Assembly (NCBI GenBank): GCA_951406725.2
Contig: OX597824.1
Location: 7,068,001 to 7,132,000, forward strand
DNA length: 64,000 bases
Source of the DNA: Octopus vulgaris
Lineage: Eukaryota
Direction: 5' to 3'
Part shown: piece by piece, positions 1-13,283 of the stretch
Position numbering within the stretch: position 1 is the first letter of the stretch
Layout: every line of letters starts with the position of its first letter
The notes under the pieces: generated by a model
What the model was told of the DNA's origin: nothing
The model's database searches: none
The model's input: only the letters and a program-made list of their open reading frames with translations
Translations under genes and position numbers: made by a program

Positions 1-100
1 ATTCTAATAAAATATGCACACACTGATAGACTGACACACACATCTATACAAAGATATGTATGTGTGTATGAATGTATGTATGTGGGTGTGTGTGTATATA

Positions 101-270
101 TCATTATCATCATCATCATCATCATCGTCGTCGTTTAACGTCCGCTTTCCATGCTGGCATGGGTTGGACGATTTGACTGAGAGCTGGCGAGCCAGATGGC
201 TGCACCAGGCTCCAATCTTGATCTGGCAGAGTTTCTACAGCTGGATGCCCTTCCTAATGCCAACCACTCC

Positions 271-271
<1 letters not shown>
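101..271 (-). mobile_element. RTE LINE 3'-end fragment with (ATG)n tail (family A)
   Basis: Reverse complement ends CCAACCCATGCCAGCATGGAAAGCGGACGTTAAACGACGACGATGATG, the same end as the copy carrying RTE ORF2 at 26757. Similar copies lie at about 8436, 10862, 14530, 16405, 16840, 17595, 19908, 23086, 44660, 46772, 52542, 57775 and 63585. Confidence 0.8.
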
Positions 272-307
<36 letters not shown>

Positions 308-504
308 TGAGTAGTTGAATGAATTATCTTGTTATGGATAATTCGGTTAACCGATACCTGGGTAGCAAATTTAATATTTGCTCCTTGGGATCCTGCTACC
401 TTATATACTCCTTATTCCTTCGCAATTAGGAATATGCAGCCTTCGAAACATATGTCGAAAATAAAGGAATTTTGTTAATTCGTTGTTCAACTCCATTCTT
501 TCAT

Positions 505-580
505 ATATTTATATATATACATATATATATATATATACTCATATATATACACGTGTATAAATATATATATATATGTATAA

Positions 581-618
<38 letters not shown>

Positions 619-635
619 TCATATATATACACGTG

Positions 636-677
<42 letters not shown>

Positions 678-755
678 TATATATATACGCACACATAAAC
701 ACACATTAATATACATTTATATATACATGCATACACACTCATACATATACATATT
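505..755. repeat. Compound (TA)n/(CA)n microsatellite with an internal ~80-bp duplication
   Basis: Seen directly; the block ctcatatatacacgtgtataa occurs twice (~538 and ~618). Confidence 0.95.
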
Positions 756-1348
756 GACACTGTGTGAAATTTGTAATAAATCGTTTCTATAAAAAAACGA
801 ATATCAACAATCTTCAGAAGATAATGATAATTAAATATTGCTTGTTAACATTTGTTCTGATACAAAGAAAGAAACGAAGTCGGTTTTATTTGTAGCATTT
901 TCACAAATAAATCCGATTTACTGAAGACTTTCAAATAAAATTAGAGAAAGCACCAACGAAATTTAAGCAATCATTCTCACAAAGACATTTTGACGTGCCA
1001 GGTTATTAAAACCAAAATTCTGTAAAACATTAACTTTTGTAAAGTAAATATATTTATATGTCCAATGTTAGAAAAAAAGTAAAAAAAAAAAAGGGAAGAA
1101 ATCAATAAATAGATATGAACATACGAAGTGATCAATTCTGAGATAGTTATACAATAATAATTTACATTACTGTCAGAAAAGTTTTTAAATTTAGAATGTC
1201 TGGGTGATAAAATTATAATATTGCATGACAAAGGATATTGTGGAAGCTGCTGTCAAATTATGGAATATGAAACTTTGTTTTAAAATGAAGTTCAGCCGTA
1301 AAGCTAATAACCAAACATTATATGAGTCTTTAATTAAATTAATTATAT

Positions 1349-1532
1349 AGGCGCAGGAGTGGCTGTGTGGTAAGTAGCTTGCTTACAAACCACATGGTTC
1401 CAGGTTCAGTCCGACTGCGTGGCACCTTGGACAAGTGTCTTCTACTATAGCCTCAGGCTGACCAAAGCCTTGTGAGTGGATTTGGTAGACGGAAACTGAA
1501 TGAAGCCTGTCGTATATATGTGTGTGTGTGTG

Positions 1533-1586
<54 letters not shown>

Positions 1587-1775
1587 TGTGTTTGTTCCCC
1601 CAACATTGCTTGACAACCGATGGTGGTGTGTTTACGTAACTTAGCGGTTCGGTAAAAGAGATTGATAGGCTTACAAAGAATAAGTCCTGGGGTCAATTTG
1701 CTCGACTAAAGGCAGCGCTCCAGCATGGCTACAGTCACACGACTGAAACAAGTAAAAGAGAGAGAGTAAAAAGAG
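1349..1775 (+). mobile_element. tRNA-derived SINE, family B (CORE-like, internal TA/TG tract)
   Basis: A-box TGGCTGTGTGG, B-box-like GGTTCAGTCC, CORE-like GGCACCTTGGACAAGT, and a 3' body ending GACTGAAACAAGTAAAAGAG. Other copies lie at about 10560(+), 12778(-), 17430(+), 21520(-), 39247(+), 48953(+) and 49157(-). Confidence 0.85.
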
Positions 1776-3143
1776 TATATTGGTGTGTGGCTTTGTGGTC
1801 AGGGTGCTGCACTTACAATTGTGAGATGGTGGGTTCAATTCTCGGGTCGTGTGGTGCATTTTGCTCTTGAGTCACATTGTTACATGTTGCTCTGCAATTG
1901 CTTTCACATCTGACATGTAGCACACCACAGGCTTGTACAATCAATCGGGTGGAGGGTGGGAGCTTCTGTGCAGCGCATGCATTTCATCATTAGAAATAAA
2001 TCATTTGAGCAGGTTCTTCGGTAAAATGTCGCAGAACTGCTTCTCTCACATCAAGAGGCAACCATTAACATAAATCAAATAGAATATCAGGAGAGATGAT
2101 ATCTGAATCGTAAACGCTATCATGAACATTGATTTTTTTGATGTTCACCTTCTGGTGCTTGCATGGTTAGGGTGAAGTTTATTGAAGTAAAATTGTTCTT
2201 TGGCAGGGTGCTCAGTCCCTTGCCAATTCTCACGTTTCCAACCAAAGTAACATTTACCCTCAACATCCAAACACAAACTGCACAATGACCAGACATTATA
2301 CCATGGCTGGTAGACCCACTTTGTTGACAAACTCAACCCACCTCCTCTGGTTAGTAGAGGTTACCTTTAACTGAGTCGACACCGTTGCAAACATTCAGGG
2401 GAAGTGTTCAGTCAAAAGCAACTGAGACCACTGGCATAGTTCTCCCTACAGCTGAACCCTAAAAATTGTGGAGTCCTCCCACTTTCATTCCTCCTACTAT
2501 TTCCAGAGACCCTACAGAATGATCTTAGCAGTGCTCCTCCACACCTTTTGAAAATAAAAAATACAATTAGAAATATTAAATCCAAGCCAGTCCAATGCCA
2601 TAATTCTATAAAGTGATAAACGTCTAATAACAAGGAAGACCCTGTAAAATGGTTGGTGAAGAAGGGGAGACTTAATATGAAGGAGATGACAGCCTCTATA
2701 TTAATGGTATCATGATAATACGCTCTGTAAAGTGATTGATATTAAGAAGGGTATCCAGCCAGAGAAACTAAAGAAGAATTGGTTGGCTGAACCAACTGAG
2801 AATGAAGTATCCCTTTATAAGAACTTGCTTGGAACTTGATCACCTGTCCAACCTATACCAACAAAGAAAGTGGAAGCAAAGTGGTAATGACAATGACGAC
2901 GATGATGCTGATGATAGAAGAACATGATGACTCTGAACTTTCAAGTCTTTTGTTTTACCATTTCATCCAAAGATGTTTTTATGAATAAACAAAGAAACGA
3001 TTAGTGACGATCAAATGAAAATGTAAGACAAAATACTAATTAACTAAGCCTCAGTATCCATATATTCGGCAATTCTGCCTTGTTGTGCCTGATGAGCCAA
3101 TAATACCAACATAAACTACTTCTGTCAGGTATTAAAACACTTA

Positions 3144-3572
3144 CCATATTTGATGACCTAAAAGATGCACAAGTGCACAGGATGCACCCAAACCTAGGCT
3201 ATGCTTTTGTAAAATAAATTACCACTAAAATAATGTTTTATTTCCTCCACTTACCTTTGAGCCTACATTGAGTTTTGAGCTTACACTGAGTTTTGAGCCT
3301 GCATTAAGTTCTGAGTCTACATCAAGTTTTGAACCTGCGTTAAGTTTTGAATCTGCATTGAGTTTAGAGCGTACAATGAGCTTTGAACCTTCACTGAGCT
3401 TTGAGTCTGCATTGAGTTTTGAGCCAATGGTTTTGAACCGACATTGCATTTTGAACCTGCACTGAGTTTTGAGGCTACACTGAGTTTAGAACCTACATTG
3501 CAGTGGATGCAGGTAGATTTTTAAAGCCATTTTGAGTACAAAATGGTGTGTGTAACAGGCCATCAAATATGG
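3144..3572. mobile_element. MITE of Tc1/mariner-pogo type carrying an 18-bp minisatellite
   Basis: TA|CCATATTTGATGACCT ... AGGCCATCAAATATGG|TA: terminal inverted repeats (TIRs) with TA flanks. Confidence 0.75.
3250..3500. repeat. 18-bp minisatellite (CTGCATTGAGTTTTGAGC-like), about 14 degenerate copies
   Basis: Periodic units visible; they explain ORFs 3225..3449 and 3268..3465. Confidence 0.9.
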
Positions 3573-5479
3573 TAATTGACCACGAAAGACTGTCTATTTT
3601 AAAGATATCTAAGTTTCTTGGCCATGCATGTTTTTTGTTTTTTTTCTGAATATTGGACATAAAGCACACGTTCTAAGAATATTTATGAGTCGGTACACAT
3701 ACAGATTTTGCTGCAGTTTGGTTTCGAATGGAATAATCTCTAAAGCAGTCGAGTTGATTAAATGCGACAAAAAAGAAATTTTTTGAATAAAAAAAAAGGT
3801 AAGCAGCTAAGAATTTTGTGAGATGAAAACCCCAATACTAAAAATAAGATATGTAAGGAGTTTCGATAGAAAGTTTCACAAAATAATTTACTGTCATTAA
3901 AACAAGTTGCCCTCAAGGCGCGGAGTTGCATGCAGCCTAATGTGTATTGCATTCAAATTTCTTCACAGACAAAATTGAAATTCTTCATCACAAAGACTAC
4001 ATTTCACCAATTTCTTGGCATATAATTTGTGGTGGTTATTGATTCCTTTAAATCAACAAAGTTGGATGTGTTTGTCACTAACATAAATTCTAGGTTCTCT
4101 AGGTATAGTTTCTTTTTTTTAATTTTAAATGAATAAACTGTAACTAGAGGATTAAACTACTTTCTTTCAAATAGTTTAAAGAATTCACAATACTGTCCAA
4201 AATTCAGTTGCAAAAGTTTCTTCAATTTAAAAAAAAAAACTCTTATTAATATAATATATTTCTCTTAAACATCTTTTTTCTTTTAAATGCATTTGATTTT
4301 TGTTGTTTTGATATGTAGTTTTGTTTTTTTTTTCCTAAAAGAAGACAAGTTATTTCGTAAAGTTTGCTTGTCGAAGAAAGTTAAAGAAACTTAATAGAGT
4401 TTATCTTCTGATTAATTATAAGCATCAGTTATATTCCTTACTTTTCAGAATTCAAAAAATAAAAAGAAAGAAAGAAAGAAAAGAAAAAAATAACCCTGTC
4501 AGTTGAGAGGTACTTGTGGCTCCATCTAGAGAAATTAAATGCAATCTAACTTATAAGATTGGAAAACCCATACAAAACAAATGCAGAGTATAATTCCGTT
4601 TGTTAAAATTAAATTAAAAATCTGTGTTCAAGTTTGAGCTCTTAGGCTAAAGAACAAGTGGTGATGAATGATATCTATGCTCAAAAGTAAGAAGGAAAAA
4701 AAGAGGAGCAACGCTTGATGCCATTCACACACGGGTAGCACGCGATTCTAGATATCAAAGACATATACAGACAGGACTGTTAAAGACAAGACTATCATAT
4801 TACATGAAATTGAGATATTAATCTGAAAAGGTTGAAATAGCTTTTGGCATGACATCTACAATTGGTGACATGCACACATATGGCAAAATCGTTCCTTTAG
4901 TTTGATTTCATAAGATTAAGAATAATCACAATTCAATGGACAAATTCAGCTGTCAATGTTGCAATTAGATTATTTGACAATATTTTAAATAAGATAACCC
5001 TCTAAGGTGGTAAAGTGGCAGAACCGCTACCAAGTTGGACAAGTCTTTACCAGTATTTCTTCCACCATGACATTCAGAGTTCAAATTCCACTGAGGTTGA
5101 CTTTGTTCTTATCCTTTCAGGGTTGATAATATAAGTACCAGTTGAACATAGGGGTCAATGTAATTAACTAGATCCAGTCCCCCAAAATGTCAGGCCTATT
5201 GTAGAAAGGGTTAAGATAACATCCCCCAGCACATACCACCATCTTCACCTCTCTTTCCAACTATGCCCACCCTTATACAATGCAAAGTAGCCATACATAT
5301 ATATCCTCTATTGTAAGATATCAACTTCTGTCTCCAAAAACAATGTCACTACACACAAATTTTTACATTTTCCTAACATGACTATTAGAATATATTCTTT
5401 AATCATATAATACAAATCTTCTGTAGTCTTTTCAATCTATTTTGTTTTTTATACATCCGACCACATGCTTTTACATACC

Positions 5480-5708
5480 TATTTCTTTACTACCCACTAG
5501 GGGCTAAACATAGAGGGGACAAACAAAGACAAACATAGGTATTAAGATGATTACATCGACCCCAGTGCATAACTGGTGCTTAATTTATCGACCCTGAAAG
5601 GATGAAAGGCAAAGTCGACCTCGGCGGAATTTGAACTCACAATGTAACAGCAGACGAAATACCGCAAAGCATTTCGCCCGGCGTGCTAACGCTTCTGCCA
5701 GCTCGCCA
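5480..5708 (-). mobile_element. tRNA-derived SINE, family C (Nin/Meta-like central domain), with 12-bp target-site duplication (TSD)
   Basis: B-box GAGTTCAAATTCC and core GCCTTTCATCCTTTCAGGGTCGATAAA; TSD CTTTTACATACC at 5468-5479 and 5709-5720. Confidence 0.85.
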
Positions 5709-5992
5709 CTTTTACATACCAACTCTCTCACACACCTATATATATATCACCATCATCATTGTTTAACATCCATCTTACATGCATGCATAGGTAGGATGGT
5801 TCACAGGAGTTGGGTAAGTCGAAAAACAACCCTGTGATACTGTGTCTGTTTTGGCAGGGTTTTTACAGCTGGATGCCCTTCCTAACACAAACCACTCCCC
5901 AGAATGGACTCAGTGCTTTTTATGAGGCAATAGCACAGGCAAGGTTAAATTGGCATGATCTTTACAGCTGGATGCCCTTCCAAATGCCAACT

Positions 5993-6402
5993 TTGTCTTA
6001 TGAAGAAAGGCTGAAGACACTCAACCTTTATTCTCTAGAAAAATGCCGCCGCCATGGTGATCTCATTCTTGCTCACATCATAAGCAGAAAGTGTAACCTC
6101 TCGAAAGAGCTATTCTTCACTCCTGCTCCTGAGCATCGGCTACGGGGGGTCACTCCGAAAAGCTCTATCTGCGACGATTTCATATCAATCGAAGGAGAGG
6201 GGCTTTCTCCGTCCGGGTTGCAGATCCGTGGAATAAGATGCCGGACGAGATAGTGAAGATGCCGATGACCGCTCGGTTCAAAGTCTCCCTTGACCACAAG
6301 TGGCCTGAACTCTTTACATGAACACCACCCTGTACATAACTCCATGTCCCCTTACATGGCCTTGCTTTTTGCTTTTTGTGCCAAAAAACTAACTAACTAA
6401 CT
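5993..6402 (+). mobile_element. 5'-truncated CR1 LINE (ORF2 C-terminus, 3'UTR, (AACT)n tail)
   Basis: LSYEERLKTLNLYSLEKCRRHGDLI, then after a frameshift HSEKLYLRRFHINRRRGAFSVRVADPWNKMP...FKVSLD. These are typical CR1 C-terminal motifs. Tail aactaactaact. Confidence 0.85.
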
Positions 6403-8434
6403 CTTTACAGTGTGGACTGGATGCTTTTTATGTGACACCAGTGTGTGTGCATAATGTTTTATCTGGCACGCTAAAAGCTTGGCCAATTCAGTACCATAGT
6501 TAAGCATGCAGTGAAACTAAGTCATATAATTAATTAACAAGACACACTTGATTAATCACACACACACAAACACACACACACACACACACACACAAAAAAA
6601 CCACACATAGAGTTTCATTATTGCAATTCCAAATAAGTTCAAGAATGTAAGAGAATTGTGTCTAATTAATCAAAGAAGAAATGTCAAATATTTAGCATGT
6701 AATGGCATGGAAGAATTTAAGATTTTCTGCTTTAATACACAAAGGCACAAAACATAAATGTGGAGCAACATATTCACGATGTGCTATATTGATGCATTTA
6801 GTTGTGTATTGTGTTTTTATGTTTAATTAAATCTCTAATAGATCAGGGTCTCCCAACTTTCCTTATTCAATTTACCTTCTGGCAACTGTATTTTGGAAAA
6901 TAGATTCTTTTGTTTAGTAATTAGAGTTTACACTCCTGCCATGCTAAGACAATTGCCAATGAGAAAATTTTAAAATACTGCCTTCAAAATCTTTTTTATT
7001 TTAATTCTAAGTTCAAATAATAAAAGTAGTGCATAACAATGCTATTTCACATCTTTATGAAGTAATGATGAAGATGTACAAGAACCAAACACAGTCTTCT
7101 AAATCACACAGCTCCACCAGCAACACTATAATTAAGAAAGATACAATACCGATCGTTAAATCCAAAATAGCAGAAAGAAAGAAAAACGGTCTTTTTCTTT
7201 CTGTTTTTTTCTTTTCACAAAACAGACCTACTTTAGATTTTATTCTTGAATTCAGATTTTTTAGAAATGATAATTAACGAAAAAAATATGTACAAATCCA
7301 AAATGAACGGATGTAATTAGCCAGAATGTAGGAACTCCTGTTATAGACTATATAAATCTTATTATATTGATACCCACTTACTAATAGCCGCTTCCATGTG
7401 TCGTTATTTGTTTTTGTGTTTCCTTAAAGTAGTTGAAGGAATTTTAGGCTTTTTTGTTCTTCGCTCTCATCTACCAATTACATGGCTTGTTTCTTTATAA
7501 CCGTGAAGTTCTTTCTACGAGTCAACATTATTATCGTTATTAATGGTCAGCTCCAGAGATTCAATTAACTAGACAGACTACTCTATAGAATTCATCTCCT
7601 ATCAATATCTATAGAATTTATTCTTAATATTATTGTTGTTGTTGTCGATGAAGAGCAAGACGAGCAATCAATAATGGAAAACAAAAAAAATCAAACCTTA
7701 AAGGAACAAAAAAAAAACAAAAAAATATAAATGAGAGTCAAAGGGTCGATCTTCGCTGAAAACTAATTAATTACAAAGAATGAGACAAAGAAGAAAGGAA
7801 AAGTAGACATTTCATAGGAGACACACTGGCACTTAAAATATGAGGTTGCTGGCATTATTTAACTATTAATCTCTTGTAGCCGCCACCAGCGCTAGTTATC
7901 TTCTTTGCATCATACCAAGCTGTTGACAGTAAAATGTCAATCCTTTCTATAGCCTTACAACCATGAAACAATATTTCTAAGAGATAACGAGTGTAATTTG
8001 TGTAATCTTCGTTACTACACAACAAAGATTGTTTGAAACATAACAAAAAGTGTTTCCCATAAAGATCGGCTGAAATATATCAAATTGGGGGCCTTCAGTT
8101 TTTTTTTTTTTTGTTTTTTGTTTACTTTCTAAAATGCAAAGAAAAGCTCTAAAATATGTAAAATTTCAAACATTACAAACTGATATATTGCTTTACAAGA
8201 AGCGAGCTTTATGATATCAGTTTAAAATTGCTTGTTTTGGTAACAGCAAACTAATGTAATCTTCTCTCAATTAGAAAAGACAAGGAGAAATGGTACTGCA
8301 TGGGTGAGACTAGAGGAGAACTGTATTACATATACCAGTCACTGAGATGCTCTACCCATTAGTTTTTTTTTTATCAGTTTATTTTTTATTAGTTTATTTT
8401 TCTTTTTATATTATGCCTTTGTGTCGACATGTGT

Positions 8435-8467
<33 letters not shown>

Positions 8468-8871
8468 GTTTTAAGTCTGCTTTCCATGCTAGCATGGGTT
8501 GGACGGTTTGACTGGCGTCTGGGAAGCTAGGAGGCTGCACCAGGCCCAGACTTTCTACAGCTGGATGCCCTTCCTAATGCCAACCACTCCGTGAGTGTCA
8601 CCATCATAATTAGACACAGCTGATGAACGCAAATCTAAATTTAACAAATCCACTGGCATTAAAATAAATGACTACACTAATCCAGTACCGAACTTATAAC
8701 AAATATTCTGAATGCTTTTGTTGCTACACTTCATTTGTAATATATTGCTTTGGTTCACTAATTTTGAAAATAATGAAGAATTTACTGAAATAACAATATC
8801 CTTCTTCAACAGGTCTTTAGAACATATACTCACATGAAATTCTGATGCAAAATTTAAAAGTGGATTACTTT

Positions 8872-9314
8872 GGAGTAAAGATTATTTGCCAACATAACAT
8901 GGCTGTCCTGGTTTAGGACGAATGTTGCTGTTATTTAGCCCCATCTGGCTATACGACACGATCTGTGTCCTTATATTTCCGAAGAAGGGAATCTAGCACC
9001 CCCACTCAGCTGAAAACAATATCTGTGTATCACAACTTCTGTCACATCTGTGTATCACAATGAAGAGAAATAACCCAGAAATCGCGATACACAGATATTG
9101 TTTTGTGCTGAGTGGGGGTGCTACATTCCCTTGTTCGAAAATATAAGGACACAGATTGTGTCATATAGCCAGCTGGAGATGATGTCTCCTGGGGCTAAAT
9201 TACAGCAATATTCGTCCTAAACCAGAACTGCCATGTTATGTTGGCAAACAATCTTTACTCCAAGGTCCTGTTGCTGAATATCTCTTGTTGTGAGATTTAA
9301 AAATCGTAATTTTC
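8872..9314 (+). mobile_element. Fold-back insertion, probable non-autonomous PLE terminal repeat with HHR motif; 11-bp TSD
   Basis: Inverted arms ~8869-9040 and ~9077-9263; TSD TGGATTACTTT at 8861-8871 and 9315-9325; TGAAGA...GAAATCGCGATACACAG at the hinge. Confidence 0.7.
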
Positions 9315-9670
9315 TGGATTACTTTCGTATAGGCACTTTATATAATAGAACTAAAGAGAGTCTTGGGTGGGCTGATATCAAAAAAGTTTAAATAAATAAA
9401 ACCCAAAACCACCACAAGGACTTTCAGAGAAATTACCCATTAAGCTAATGTTTCTAATGGGCTCAGGTGAGGGGATTGAAGAAGTGAGTAGAACAGTTTC
9501 CCTGTTTCAGGAACTGCAACTTTTTCCTAACACAGTGGTGAAGAAATGAGATTATATGACAGCAAAATCTATTTTGTCATCTCATTCACAGAGGGAAAAC
9601 AGGTGCCAAAAGCTTTCACCAAATCTGTTGAGGAGGGAGCTTGTATTTGTGAATTTCAGAACAACTCCTC

Positions 9671-10025
9671 TTAACCCTTTTTAAATCATCCACACTCAAA
9701 AAGGACTTCATGTTTAAAAATAATTTGCATTAAAACCTTCAAAAGTTCAGGGCAATTTATGTTGCAAACACAAGTTTAATAATGGTAAAGTTGCAGCACA
9801 GAATTTTTGTCAGTGAACAGGTCGCGGTCTCAAAGTGACGAAAATATTTTGACAAATTAAATTTAAATGTTAAAATGAATCTAACAGTTTTTGTGAGCTT
9901 CTTAAATGGCTTATAAACACCTTCCACGCTGCAATTGTTTATTTTACTTAATTCTTCATTTCTTTAAAAATTACTCAAACAAAAATCTGTGCATTTCATC
10001 ACAAATATGGTAACGGAAGGATTAA
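9671..10025. mobile_element. Degenerate TTAA-flanked repeat (piggyBac-like MITE?)
   Basis: Starts TTAACCCTT and ends AAGGATTAA. Loosely related pieces appear near 8740, 18263 and 19810. Confidence 0.3.
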
Positions 10026-11479
10026 GGTCTCTCCTGTCTTTTAAATAAAATGAAGAGTGCAATTGTTTTCTCAACTGGAAAAAAACCCATTAACTCCTTG
10101 CATACAATTGCATGTTCTAAGATAATTTTAAAAATAAAATTCACACCTCACTAGTCCTCAGCTAGCAGGAAACTTCCAGTCAATCAATTCATCATTTGTC
10201 GTCTTGGTAACAGATTAATATCCAAAGTCCAGCCAAGAACAACTCCCTGTCAGTAATAAACATTTTGTTGTCTGTATAGGCTAAGCTAATTCATTCTACA
10301 TGACAAATTCCATCAAATTGCGAGCACTGCATGCCTGGGTATGTTGATGACTCTAGGTCGGTGTCTAATTCATTGAGGGAGCCATTTATCATCCGTTGAG
10401 CTTTAAGGGATTTGGTACTAAACAAAATATTCATAGTCGACCTCAGCAGAATTTGAACTCAGAACATAAAGACAAACGAAATACAGCTAAACACTTTGCT
10501 CAGTATGCTAATGATTCTGCCAGCTCACAGCATTTCTTTATAAGAATAATAATATAACAGGCACGGGCATGGCTGTGTGTTAAGAAGCTTACTTTCTAAC
10601 TACGTGGTTCTGGGTTCAGTCCCACTGTGTGGCACCTTGGGCAAATACCTTTTACTATAGCCTTGGGCCAACCAAAGCCTTGTGAGTAGATTTGGAAGAC
10701 AGAAACTGTGTGTCAATGTGTTTGTCCCCCCACCAATACTTGACAACATATGTTGGTGTATTTATGTCACCAAAACTTAGCAGTTCGGCAAAAGAGATCA
10801 ATAGAATAAGTACTAGACTTACAAAGAATAAGTCCAGGGGTTGATTTGTTCGACTAAAGGTGGTGGTTGGCATTAGGAAGAGCATCCAGCTGTAGAAACT
10901 CTGCCAGATCAGATTGGAGCCTGGTGCAGCCATTTGGATCGCCAGTCCTCAGTCAAATCATCCAACCCATGCCAGCATGGAAAGCAAACGTTAAACAATG
11001 ATGATGATGATGATATAATATCGTAATATAAATCATAAATAAATATGGTGAAACACACACAGTCTGGTTTCCTTCCAAGTTCATCACCATGACTGTCCTC
11101 ACAAATATATCATAATAAAGTAACTAGTTAAAGTCATTTATATTCGATTACACTTTCAATTACTGGAATTATTAACGAGAAAACACTATATGAGAGGGTT
11201 AGATAATTTTGCTGCTGTTTTGCGTATGTAAGAATGGCTGTTTATAAGTCTTATTAATATTTGATAGATTAAATAGATTCAATTCTTGCTTGAGGGCAAC
11301 TTGTCTTGGAAATTGCGGTGAGGCAACGAAGCAGACGAGAAGAATTTAGAAATAACTCTAACAGCCAGAAGGAGAAAGAAAAAGCTGTTGGGGGAATATG
11401 GTTTAGGAATAATGGTAAATGAACTTGAAGATTTAGGAAGATAAGTTGGAAAATAAGAGACTTTTGTATAAAACATTTT

Positions 11480-11580
11480 AAGAAGAAGAAGAAAAAGAAG
11501 AAGAAGAAGAAGAAGAAGAAGAAGAAGAAGAAGAAGAAGAAGAAGGAGAAGAAGAGGAAGAAGAAGAAGAATAAGAGGAA

Positions 11581-11642
<62 letters not shown>

Positions 11643-11799
11643 AGAAGAATAAGAAGGGGAAGTAGAAGAAGAAGAAGAAGAAGAAGAAGAAGAAGAAGAA
11701 GAAGAAAAGGAAGAAGAAGAAAAGGAAGAAGAAGAAAAAGAAGGGGAAGAAGAAGAAGAAGAAGAAGAAGAAGAAGAAGAAGAAGAAGAAGAAGAAGAA
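11480..11799. repeat. (GAA)n tract, ~320 bp
   Basis: Seen directly; it abuts the 3' end of the minus-strand SINE at 11800-12015. Confidence 0.97.
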
Positions 11800-12015
11800 G
11801 CCTTTCTACTATAGGCACAAGGGACCTGAAAATTTGGAAGAGGGGTAGTCAATTAGATCAAACCCCAGTACGCAACTGGTACTTAATTTATCGGCCCCAA
11901 AAGGATGAAAGGCAAAGTCAACCTCAGCAGAATTTGAACTCATAACGTAAGGGTAGACGAAATGTTGCTAAGAATTTTGCCCCGCGTGCTGACATTTCTG
12001 CCAGCTTCCCACTTT
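11800..12015 (-). mobile_element. Family C SINE (subfamily ending GTGCCTATAGTAGAAAGG)
   Basis: Same head and core as 5480-5708 with a different 3' segment. Confidence 0.8.
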
Positions 12016-12105
12016 AATGATGATGATAACAATAATAATAACAACAACAACAATAATAATAATAATAAACCACATCATTTCTAACTGTCTAGTCCTTGCC
12101 AAATC

Positions 12106-12362
<257 letters not shown>

Positions 12363-12988
12363 CAGACATGACAGAGTAAGTGCTTATATCTATTGGACAA
12401 TGTGCCAACTGTACAACATAAGAACTGACGATGAATGGTATAAACATGTGCCAAAACAGGGTACAAGACAATGACCGGGCCGCAATCATCTGAGACTGGC
12501 TTGGTCAAACTAACAAAGAAATGACAGCTAATTGGCCAGACATAATCAAAGACTGACAAGAAACACTTGCTTCCTGAGAGACATTCCGGTCCCTTCTGAC
12601 AAGAATATTGTCTAAAAAAAAGTGGAGAAATTGACAAAGTACCAAGATGTTGAAATTGAAGTATTCAAGATGTGGGGCATGAAGGGGAACACAATACCGG
12701 TAATGACTGGAGCACTGGGCATGATAAAAAAAAAAGCATATGAACAAAAATGTAGATGGTATTCTTTTAAATTTTTTTAGTCATCTGACTGTGGCCATGC
12801 TGGAGCACTGCCTTTAGTTGAGCAAATTGACCCCAGGACTCATTCTTTGTAAGCCTAGTACTTATTCTATCAGGCTCTCTTGCTGAACTGCTAAGTGACA
12901 GGGATGTAAACACACCAGCATCGGTTGTCAAGCAATGTTGGGGGAACAAACACAGACACACACACACACACATACACACATACATACA

Positions 12989-13022
<34 letters not shown>

Positions 13023-13283
13023 CGTGTATGTATAGAACAGGCTTCTTTCAGTTTCCGTCTAACAAATCCACTCACAAGGCTTTAGTCAGCCTGAAGTTAT
13101 AGTAAAAGACACTTGCCCAAGGTGCCACACAGTGGAACTGAACCCAGAATCATGTGGTTGGTAAGCAAGCTAGTTATAACACAGCCACTCCTGCGCCTAT
13201 GAGGATCCTCAACACAATAAACTGTACAAAACATTGCCTTGCTAGGAACAGCCCACATTCTATGTAAGACACCATTAATTCAA
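12363..13283 (+). pseudogene. R4/Dong-clade LINE relic (restriction-like endonuclease domain), interrupted by a SINE at ~12778-13199
   Basis: [11 protein letters not shown]...WYKHVP...ANWPDII...[10 protein letters not shown]...[17 protein letters not shown]...IPVMTGALG, with stops and frameshifts. It resumes after the SINE as VQNIALLGTAHIL. Confidence 0.85.
12778..13199 (-). mobile_element. Family B SINE, full length
   Basis: Reverse-complement match to 1349-1775. Confidence 0.85.

Noticed and set aside
775-960. CTGAAGA...GAAA pairs (minus ~783-817, plus ~921-950)
   Set aside because: Helices are weak or absent and there is no proper triplet; such matches are expected by chance in AT-rich DNA.
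2412-2550. LLRSFC peptide resembling MON2
   Set aside because: Wrong order and no flanking similarity.
3081-3130. CTGATGA as a hammerhead core
   Set aside because: No GAAA and no helix I pairing.
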